A stretch of DNA of 64,000 bases from Dehalococcoidia bacterium (GTDB lineage: Bacteria > Chloroflexota > Dehalococcoidia > Bin125). The notes under the pieces were generated by a model, which saw only the letters and a list, made by a program, of their open reading frames with translations, was not told where the DNA came from and searched no databases. Both the position numbers and the translations under genes were made by a program. Location of the stretch: positions 641,401 through 705,400 of the forward strand of contig CBDBQC010000003.1 in the NCBI GenBank assembly GCA_965209205.1. The letters are read 5' to 3'. Shown here piece after piece: positions 39,932 to 47,469 of this stretch. The number at the start of each line of letters is the position of its first letter. The first letter of the stretch is position 1.

Positions 39932-40819
39932 ATGGTCGTGGAAACCGGCACGCAGACCGTCAAGTCCGGCCTTGCGGAGATGCTCAAGGGCGGCGTCATC
40001 ATGGACGTCGTCACCGCCCCGCAAGCCATCATCGCCCAGGAGGCGGGGGCGTGCGCCGTCATGGCGCTGGAGCGCGTCCCCTCCGACATCCGCAAGCACG
40101 GCGGCGTGGCGCGGATGAGCGACCCCACCAAGATCCGCGAGATCATCGGCGCGGTGACGATCCCGGTGATGGCCAAGGCGCGCATCGGGCACTTCGTCGA
40201 GGCCTCGATCCTGCAGGCGCTGGGCGTCGACTACGTGGACGAGTCGGAGGTCCTCACCCCCGCCGACGAGAAGCTGCACATCGACAAGTGGGGCTTCGCG
40301 GTGCCCTTCGTCTGTGGCTGCCGTGACCTGGGCGAGGCGCTGCGCCGCATCGCCGAGGGCGCGGCCATGATCCGCACCAAGGGCGAGGCCGGCACGGGCA
40401 ACATCGTCGAGGCGGTGCGGCACATGCGGGCCGTGCAGGGGGCGATCCGGTCGCTGGCCGGCATGGCCGACGAGGAACTCGTCAACTACGCGAAGGAGAT
40501 CGGCGCGCCGGTGGAGCTGGTGCGCGAGTGCAAGCGCCTGCGACGGCTGCCGGTGGTGAACTTCGCCGCCGGCGGCATCGCGACGCCCGCCGACGCGGCG
40601 CTGATGATGCGCCTGGGCGCCGACGGCGTCTTCGTGGGCAGCGGCATCTTTAAGTCCGAGCAGCCGCAGCGCATGGCCGACGCCATCGTGCGCGCCACCA
40701 CCCACTACAACGACGACCAGATCCTGGCCGAGGTCTCGACCGGCCTGGGCGACGCCATGCCCGGCCTCAACCTCGACGACCTGCCGGCCAGCGAGCGCCT
40801 CGCCGCGCGGGGCTGGTGA
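39932..40819 (+). CDS. pdxS: pyridoxal 5'-phosphate synthase lyase subunit PdxS
   Basis: [42 protein letters not shown]...[17 protein letters not shown] upstream. Confidence 0.97.
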   Translation: MVVETGTQTVKSGLAEMLKGGVIMDVVTAPQAIIAQEAGACAVMALERVPSDIRKHGGVARMSDPTKIREIIGAVTIPVMAKARIGHFVEASILQALGVDYVDESEVLTPADEKLHIDKWGFAVPFVCGCRDLGEALRRIAEGAAMIRTKGEAGTGNIVEAVRHMRAVQGAIRSLAGMADEELVNYAKEIGAPVELVRECKRLRRLPVVNFAAGGIATPADAALMMRLGADGVFVGSGIFKSEQPQRMADAIVRATTHYNDDQILAEVSTGLGDAMPGLNLDDLPASERLAARGW

Positions 40820-41478
40820 GGAGCGCCTTGCCCCCCACCATCGGCGTTCTGGCCCTGCAGGGCGACTTCCACGAGCACGCGGTCAGCCTGCGCGCGCTGG
40901 GCGCGCTGGCGCGGGAGATCCGCAAGCCGGAGCAGCTGCACGGGCTCGACGGCCTGATCATCCCGGGCGGCGAGTCGACCACCATCGCGCGGCTGCTGCT
41001 GGCCTACGACCTGCACGCCCCGCTGCGGCGTCGCGGCGCGGCCGGGCTGCCCATCTGGGGCACCTGCGCCGGCGCGATCCTGCTCGCCGACGACGTCCCC
41101 GGCCTCGACCGGCCCCCGCTGGGGCTGCTGCCGATGACCGTCGAGCGCAACGCCTACGGCCGCCAGATCGACTCCTTCGAGACCGACCTCGACGCGCCCG
41201 CGCTGCCCCCCACGGCGACCGGGGCGCGCCCGCCCTACCACGCGATCTTCATCCGTGCGCCGCGCATCCGCGGGCTGCGCGACGGCGTGCAGGTGCTGAT
41301 GACCTGCGAGGCGGAGCCCGTCGCCGTGCGCTATCGCTCGCTGCTGGCGACCACCTTCCACCCCGAACTGACGCCCGACCGTCGCTGGCACCGATACTTC
41401 CTGGAGAGCCTGGTCGACGGCGGAGCCGCGGGCGGGGTCGCCGTCGCGACGGAGGCGGCGGGCGGAGGCGCGGCATGA
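40816..41478 (+). CDS. pdxT: pyridoxal 5'-phosphate synthase glutaminase subunit PdxT
   Basis: [13 protein letters not shown]..., [21 protein letters not shown]. Confidence 0.95.
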   Translation: MRSALPPTIGVLALQGDFHEHAVSLRALGALAREIRKPEQLHGLDGLIIPGGESTTIARLLLAYDLHAPLRRRGAAGLPIWGTCAGAILLADDVPGLDRPPLGLLPMTVERNAYGRQIDSFETDLDAPALPPTATGARPPYHAIFIRAPRIRGLRDGVQVLMTCEAEPVAVRYRSLLATTFHPELTPDRRWHRYFLESLVDGGAAGGVAVATEAAGGGAA

Positions 41479-42476
41479 CGCCCCATACCCGTCCGCTGGG
41501 ACTCGCCGACCTGCCGCTGATGGCGCTGGCGGGCCGCGCGCCCTACGCCAACGAGGCCGTCACGCTCGAGCACGGGGCCGCCTCGGTGCGCGGCCGGCCG
41601 GGCTGGGAGCGGCTCCTGCGCAACAGCATCCAACCGGGCGGCCGCGAAGTCTGGATCAGCCGCGACGGGCTCTCGCTGCGCGGTCTGGCGGCGGTGCGGC
41701 CGCGCGGCGGCGCAAGCGCCTGGGAGATCGACGTGCTGGTGCTGGGCGTCCAGTCCGAGGCCCTCACCCTCGACCTGCTGGAGCGCTGCGTCGCCACGGC
41801 GGGCGCGCGCGGCGCGCATCGGCTCTTCCTGCGGCTGGCCGCCGGCAACCCGGCGCTGCCGGCGGCGCGGCGGCAGGGCTTCGCGGCGGCCGGGAGCGAG
41901 ACCCTGCTCGTCCGCAGCCCCGAGGCCGGCGGGGACCGCGACGCGACCGCAGCGGGACTCGGGGCCGTCACGGCCGCCGCGCCGGCGTGGCGCAATCGCA
42001 CCCGCGCCGACGACCACGACCTGTTCCGCCTCTTCGGCGACACCGCGCCACACGACACGCGCTGGCAGGTCGCGCTGACGCCGCAGGAATGGCGCGCGGC
42101 CCAGGACCCGCTGGGGCGCGGCGGTCGCGAATGGGTCTGCACCGGCGACGCCGGACCGGCGCTGCTGCGCGTCCGCCGCGGGGAGGGCCGCATCCGCGCC
42201 ACGCTGCTGTCGGCCGACCGGCGCGAGCCCGCCGACGCCGCCGTCGCGCTGCTGCGCCGCTTCGCGGGCGCCGGATCGCGCGGGGGCGGACCGCGCAGCA
42301 CGGCCGAGGTGCTGCTGCCCGACCATCTGCCCGTGGTCGCGGACGCCTTCCGCGACCACGGCTACCACGACGCGGCCCGCTTCGACCTGAGCGTCCGCCC
42401 CATCGCGCAGCGCACGCAGCGGCTACAGTTGGCCGAGCGGTCGGTGGAGGGGACGGTCTGGCCCGCCATCCAGTAG
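41475..42476 (+). CDS. hypothetical protein, possibly tandem degenerate GNAT-like folds
   Basis: GAHRLFLRLAAGNPALPAARRQGF resembles the GNAT beta4-alpha3/alpha4 region, but the Q/RxxGxG motif is not evident. ATGA overlap with pdxT. Confidence 0.45.
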   Translation: MTPHTRPLGLADLPLMALAGRAPYANEAVTLEHGAASVRGRPGWERLLRNSIQPGGREVWISRDGLSLRGLAAVRPRGGASAWEIDVLVLGVQSEALTLDLLERCVATAGARGAHRLFLRLAAGNPALPAARRQGFAAAGSETLLVRSPEAGGDRDATAAGLGAVTAAAPAWRNRTRADDHDLFRLFGDTAPHDTRWQVALTPQEWRAAQDPLGRGGREWVCTGDAGPALLRVRRGEGRIRATLLSADRREPADAAVALLRRFAGAGSRGGGPRSTAEVLLPDHLPVVADAFRDHGYHDAARFDLSVRPIAQRTQRLQLAERSVEGTVWPAIQ

Positions 42477-42523
42477 CCCTGTCCAGTAGACTCGCCCATT
42501 CGAGCATCCAGCGGACCTGCATC

Positions 42524-44158
42524 ATGCGCGACCCCGATCCCTTCGACATCCCGCCCGCGTCCGGCGCCGCCGACGCGCCCCCGCCCAGCCACATCACGCC
42601 GCCGCCCGCGCCCGCGACCACCGACGCCATCACCGACGACCTCGACGCCCTGCTCGCGGTGCTGCCCGCCCCGCTGCGGCGCGCGCTGGCCCGGCAGCCC
42701 GACAACGCGCTGCTGCTCGAGATCGTGCTGGACCTCGGCCGGCCCGCCACGGCGCGCTATCCCGATCGCGAGATCGTGCTGGGCGACCACGAGGTGGAGG
42801 CGGCCGTGCTGCAGGCCGTCGTGCGCAAGCTGGGCGAGTTCGGCGGCGACAATCGGGCCGGCATCACGCGCACGCTGCACCGCATCTCCTGCATCCGCAA
42901 CCGCCGCGACGAGATCGTGGGGCTCACCATGCGCGTCGGCCGGGCCGTCTACGGCACCGTCCGCGTGATCGACGACCTGGTGCAGTCGGGCGAGAGCATC
43001 CTCCTGCTGGGACGGCCGGGCGTGGGCAAGACCACGATGCTGCGCGAGGTCGCGCGGGTGCTCTCCGAGACCGGCAAGCGCGTGATCGTCGTCGACACCT
43101 CGAACGAGATCGCGGGCGACGGCGACATCCCCCACCCCGGCATCGGCCCGGCCCGGCGCATGCAGGTGCCGACGCCCGCGCAACAGCACGCTGTCATGGT
43201 CGAGGCCGTCGAGAACCACATGCCCGAGGTCATCATCATCGATGAGATCGGCACCGAACTCGAGGCGCAGGCCGCCCGCACGATCGCCGAGCGCGGCGTG
43301 CAGTTGGTCGCCACGGCGCACGGCAACACGCTCGCCAACCTGATGATGAATCCCACCCTGGCCGACCTGATCGGCGGCATCCAGACCGTCACGCTCTCCG
43401 ACGAGGAGGCCCGCCGCCGCGGCACCCGCAAGTCGGTGCTCGAGCGCATGGCGCCGCCCACCTTCGACGTGCTGGTGGAGATCCAGTCCTTCCACCGCGT
43501 CTCCATCCATCGCGACGTGGCGCGCACGGTCGACGCGCTGCTGCGCGGCGAGTCGGTGGAGCCCATGCAGCGCGAGATGGACGACGAGGGGGCGGTCCAC
43601 ATCGCCGACCGCCCGCCCGCCCGCAGCGACGCCGGGCGCACGCCGCCGGGCGCCGGCCTGGAGCTCGAGCGCCCGCCGGTGCGCCTGCGGCCCGTGGGCC
43701 CGCACCGGCGCATCCACCCCTTCGGCGTCTCGCCCGACCGGCTCAACGAGGCCATCCGCGAGTCGGGCGCGAACGCGTCGGTCGCCGACGACCTGGAGGC
43801 GTCGGACGCCATGATGACCCTGCGCTCGATCTTCCGTCGCCGGCCCGGCCCCGTCCGCGACGCCGAAGCCCGCGGCCTGCCCATCTTCGTGCTCAAGCAC
43901 AACACCGTCGTGCAGATGGAGCAGAGCCTGCGCGCCCTGGCGCAGGGCCAATCGGAGTTCGACCCCGTGACCAGCGCCCTGGCGGAGGCCGAGAGCGCCA
44001 TCGAGGCGCTCAACGCGGGCGCCGAGTCGGCTGTCGAGCTGGCGCCCCAAAGCGCCTACATCCGCCGGCTCCAGCACCAGCTCGCCGAGCGCTTCGACCT
44101 GTTCTCGACCAGCAAGGGCCGCGACCCCCATCGCCGCGTGCGCGTCTTCCGGACCTGA
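42524..44158 (+). CDS. SpoIIIAA/Ycf45-like AAA ATPase with C-terminal R3H domain
   Basis: Walker A LLLGRPGVGKTTML, Walker B VIIIDEIG, ATAHG. C-terminal R3H-like IRRLQHQLAERFDLFSTSKGRDPHRRVRVF. Confidence 0.82.
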   Translation: MRDPDPFDIPPASGAADAPPPSHITPPPAPATTDAITDDLDALLAVLPAPLRRALARQPDNALLLEIVLDLGRPATARYPDREIVLGDHEVEAAVLQAVVRKLGEFGGDNRAGITRTLHRISCIRNRRDEIVGLTMRVGRAVYGTVRVIDDLVQSGESILLLGRPGVGKTTMLREVARVLSETGKRVIVVDTSNEIAGDGDIPHPGIGPARRMQVPTPAQQHAVMVEAVENHMPEVIIIDEIGTELEAQAARTIAERGVQLVATAHGNTLANLMMNPTLADLIGGIQTVTLSDEEARRRGTRKSVLERMAPPTFDVLVEIQSFHRVSIHRDVARTVDALLRGESVEPMQREMDDEGAVHIADRPPARSDAGRTPPGAGLELERPPVRLRPVGPHRRIHPFGVSPDRLNEAIRESGANASVADDLEASDAMMTLRSIFRRRPGPVRDAEARGLPIFVLKHNTVVQMEQSLRALAQGQSEFDPVTSALAEAESAIEALNAGAESAVELAPQSAYIRRLQHQLAERFDLFSTSKGRDPHRRVRVFRT

Positions 44159-44166
44159 GCGCGACG

Positions 44167-44814
44167 ATGGCCCTGTTCATCAGCCTGGAGGGCGGCGAGG
44201 GGGCGGGCAAGACCAGCGTGGCGACGGCGCTGGCCGACCGCGCCCGCGCCCGCGGCGCGGAAGTCGTGCTCACGCGCGAGCCCGGCGGCACGCCCCTGGG
44301 CGCGGCGATCCGCGAGTCCCTCTTCGGCGCCGACGGGCGCAGCGACGAGCCGATGGGCGCCTGGGCCGAGGCCTTCCTCTTCCTGGCCGACCGCGCCGAG
44401 CACGTGGCGCGCGTGATCCGGCCGGCCCTGGCCCGCGGCGCGGTCGTGATCTGCGACCGCTTCACCGACTCCACGATCGCCTACCAGGCCTACGGGCGCG
44501 GCCTGGACCTCGACCTGCTGCGGCAACTCAACCGCGCCGCCACCGGCGCCACCACGCCCAACCTCACCCTGCTGCTCGACGCCCCGGTCGCGATCGGCCT
44601 GACGCGCACCCGCCTGGAGACGTTCGACCGCATCGGTCACGAGACGGCCGACTTCCACGCCCGCGTCTACGAGGGCTTCGCGCGCCTCGCCATCCAGGAG
44701 CCGGATCGGATCAAGTCGATCGACGCCGCCCGGCCCCTCGACGCCGTGATCGAAGACGCCTGGGAGCTGGTGGCGGCGCGGCTGTCGCGGATCGGCTTCC
44801 CCGCCCGCGCCTGA
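44167..44814 (+). CDS. tmk: thymidylate kinase
   Basis: MALFISLEGGEGAGKTS, TREPGGT, DRF..S..AYQ. Confidence 0.95.
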   Translation: MALFISLEGGEGAGKTSVATALADRARARGAEVVLTREPGGTPLGAAIRESLFGADGRSDEPMGAWAEAFLFLADRAEHVARVIRPALARGAVVICDRFTDSTIAYQAYGRGLDLDLLRQLNRAATGATTPNLTLLLDAPVAIGLTRTRLETFDRIGHETADFHARVYEGFARLAIQEPDRIKSIDAARPLDAVIEDAWELVAARLSRIGFPARA

Positions 44815-44913
44815 GCGCGACCCGCACTCGATATGTGTGCGCGACCCGCGCTCGATGGATGTGCGCGACCCGCACTCGATATGTGTGCGCGACCCGCGCA
44901 ACCGCGTCGATTG
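44815..44913 (+). repeat. tandem repeat, 24-nt unit GCGCGACCCGCACTCGATATGTGT, three full copies plus a diverged partial fourth
   Basis: Copies at 44815-38, 44839-62 (3 mismatches) and 44863-86 (identical to copy 1), with a partial copy from 44887. It starts the nucleotide after the tmk stop, 87 nt before the thrB ATG. Confidence 0.9.
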
Positions 44914-44999
44914 CCCCCTCCGGCGGGCGGACCGTAGGCTGGCGCCAGCCCTCCGAGGCCGGCCGATCGGCCGCCCCCACATACCGCGCGAGCCCGCCC

Positions 45000-45944
45000 A
45001 TGAAATCGGCCCCCGTCTCCGTCCGCGTCCCGGCGACGACCGCCAACCTGGGGCCGGGCTTCGATGCCGTGGGCATGGCCGTGTCGATCTTCGCGACGGT
45101 CACGGTGCGTGTCCGCGACGGGGACCACCGCCTCGGCCGCCGGGACCCGATGTGCACGATGGCCGCGGCCGGCGTCCGCGCCGGCTACAAGCGCGCCGGG
45201 GAGCGTGTGCCCCGCATCATCGAGATCGACGTCGCCAGCGACATCCCGCTGGGCCGGGGCCTGGGCGCGAGCGCGGCGGCCCGTGGCGCCGGCATCGTGG
45301 CGGCCAACGCCCTGCTCGGCGGGCCGCTCGACGATCGCGCGCTGCTGGCGGTGGGGGCCCGGCTGGAGGGCCACGCCGATAACATCGCCCCGGCGCTGTT
45401 CGGCGGCCTGCAGGTCGTCGCCGCCGCCGACACCGCCCCCGGCCAGTCGAACCAGCGCCCGCGCTGGCAGCGGGTACCCGTGCCGATCCCGGCAGGCATC
45501 ACCTGCGCCGGATTCGCCCCCGACTTCTCGATGCCGACCAACGAGACCCGCGCCTCGCTGCCCGACAGCCTCAGCCGGGCCGACGCTGTCTTCAACAGCG
45601 GCCACGCCGCCCTGCTCGTCGCCGCCCTCGCGACGGGCGCCTGGGACGCGCTCGCCGTCGCCAGCGAGGAGCGGCTGCACCAGCGCCCGCGCAGCCGGCT
45701 CTTCCCCCAGATGTTCGACTTCTTCGCCGCCGCGCGCGCCGCCGGCGCCCTCTGCGCCTACCTCTCGGGCGGCGGCTCCACGATCCTGGCGCTCACCGCG
45801 CCCGAGCGCGCCGAGGCCGTCCGCGACGCCCTCTCCGCGGCGGCGGCGCGCTTCGAGATCAGCGGGCGGCCGTTCATCGCCGATCCCTGCCCCACCGGCG
45901 CCACCGTCGTCCTCGACGCCGACGATCCCTGGGCCGGGCTGTGA
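45000..45944 (+). CDS. thrB: homoserine kinase
   Basis: VRVPATTANLGPGFD, GHMP motif PLGRGLGASAA, GHADNIAPALFGG. Confidence 0.93.
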   Translation: MKSAPVSVRVPATTANLGPGFDAVGMAVSIFATVTVRVRDGDHRLGRRDPMCTMAAAGVRAGYKRAGERVPRIIEIDVASDIPLGRGLGASAAARGAGIVAANALLGGPLDDRALLAVGARLEGHADNIAPALFGGLQVVAAADTAPGQSNQRPRWQRVPVPIPAGITCAGFAPDFSMPTNETRASLPDSLSRADAVFNSGHAALLVAALATGAWDALAVASEERLHQRPRSRLFPQMFDFFAAARAAGALCAYLSGGGSTILALTAPERAEAVRDALSAAAARFEISGRPFIADPCPTGATVVLDADDPWAGL

Positions 45945-47236
45945 GCGCTGCCGGCCAGGCCCCCGCCGTCGTGCAGCCCGCCGTCGTGCAGCCCGTCGTG
46001 GTGCAGAAGTACGGCGGCAGCAGCGTGGGCAGCACCGAGCGCCTGCAGCACGTGGCGCGGCGCATCGCGGCCCGGGCGGCGGGCGGCGAGCGCATCGTCG
46101 CCGTCGTCTCGGCGATGGGCAAGACGACCGACAGCCTCGCCGCCCTGGCCCGCGAGATCACGGCCCACCCCGCCGGCCGCGAGTACGACATGCTGCTCGC
46201 CTCGGGCGAGATCGTCAGCGCCGCCCTGCTCGCCATGGCCATTGAGGAGCACGGCCGGCCCGCCATCGCCCTCACCGGGCAGCAGGCCGGCGTCCACACC
46301 GACGACACCCACACCCGCGCCCGCATCACCCGCATCGAGACCGATCGCATCCTGGCCGAACTCGACGCCGGCGAGGCCGTGATCATCGCCGGCTTCCAGG
46401 GCATCACGCCCGCCTCCGACTTCACGACCCTGGGCCGCGGCGGCTCCGACACCTCCGCCGTCGCGCTGGCCGCGGCGCTGCACGCCCGCCGGGCCGAGAT
46501 CTATACCGACGTCGACGGCGTCTACACGACCGACCCGCGCATCGAACCGCGGGCCCGCCAGCTGCACGACATCGCCTACGAGGAGATGCTTGAACTCGCC
46601 TCCCAGGGCGCGGGCGTGATGCATCCCCGCGCCGTGGAACTGGGGCTGCTCTACGACCTCCCCATCCTCGTCGCCTCCTCCTTCCGCGAGGACGTCCCCG
46701 GCACCCTGATCCGAAAGCAGGTCCAGATGGAACCCAGCAACCGTGTGCGCGGCATCGCGCTCGACCGCGACGTGGCCCTGATCACCATCCGCGCCGTCCC
46801 CGACCGGCCCGGCATCGCCTCGCAGGTCTTCGGCCCCCTGGCCGCCGCGGGCATCAACGTCGACACCATCGTCCAGAACGCCAGCGCCGAGCGCCTGACC
46901 GACATGACCTTCAGCGTCGCGCACGACCAGGCCGCCGCCGCCCACGCGCTCTGCCGCGACGGGGCCGGCGACCTCGGCGCCAGCGACGTGATCCTCGACG
47001 AGCACGCCGCCAAGGTCTCCATCGTGGGCACCGGCATGCAGTCGGGCGTCGGCTACGCCGCCAAGATGTTCCGCGCCCTGGCCGACGCCGCGATCAATAT
47101 CGAGCTGATCTCGACCAGCGAGATCCGCATCACCGCCATCGTGCACGAGGACGACGGGCAATCGGCGGTCCAGGTGCTGCACGCAGCCTTCGAGTTGGAC
47201 GAGCCGGTGCGTCCGGCCGGGGCGGGCCCCGGCTAG
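45941..47236 (+). CDS. lysC: aspartate kinase
   Basis: VVQKYGGSSVGSTERL..., VVSAMGKTTD, two C-terminal ACT domains. The start is ambiguous among several in-frame GTGs within 45941-46000. Confidence 0.92.
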   Translation: MSAAGQAPAVVQPAVVQPVVVQKYGGSSVGSTERLQHVARRIAARAAGGERIVAVVSAMGKTTDSLAALAREITAHPAGREYDMLLASGEIVSAALLAMAIEEHGRPAIALTGQQAGVHTDDTHTRARITRIETDRILAELDAGEAVIIAGFQGITPASDFTTLGRGGSDTSAVALAAALHARRAEIYTDVDGVYTTDPRIEPRARQLHDIAYEEMLELASQGAGVMHPRAVELGLLYDLPILVASSFREDVPGTLIRKQVQMEPSNRVRGIALDRDVALITIRAVPDRPGIASQVFGPLAAAGINVDTIVQNASAERLTDMTFSVAHDQAAAAHALCRDGAGDLGASDVILDEHAAKVSIVGTGMQSGVGYAAKMFRALADAAINIELISTSEIRITAIVHEDDGQSAVQVLHAAFELDEPVRPAGAGPG

Positions 47237-47323
47237 CGCACGTTCCGCAGGCGCGGGTCGAGGGCGTCGCGCAGCCAGTCGCCCACGGGCCACACACGAG
47301 CCGCGCCGCGTTCACGGTCGTCG

Positions 47324-47460
47324 GGGCGACCCTTGTGGTCGCCCTGCCGGGCGCCCTCCCAGGTGGAGCCGGGGCGCCCACGAGGGGCGCCCCGACGATG
47401 CCGTGTCCACGTTCCCCCTCTCCATTGCTCGGCAATGGAGAGGGGGACAGGGGGTGAGGT
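47324..47460. repeat. REP-like palindromic element cluster: three GC-rich hairpins, the last a perfect 15-bp stem, followed by AGGGGGTGAGGT
   Basis: GGGCGACC/GGTCGCCC (47324-44), GGGGCGCCC/GGGCGCCCC (47371-93), CCCCCTCTCCATTGC-TCG-GCAATGGAGAGGGGG (47414-46). A related copy lies at 50095-50171. Confidence 0.8.
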
Positions 47461-47469
47461 TCCGGCGCG

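Noticed and set aside
44815-44913. Tandem 24-nt repeats considered as a mini-CRISPR array.
   Set aside because: The repeats are directly contiguous with no spacers, the unit is too short, and there are no cas genes. They are kept as a plain tandem repeat.
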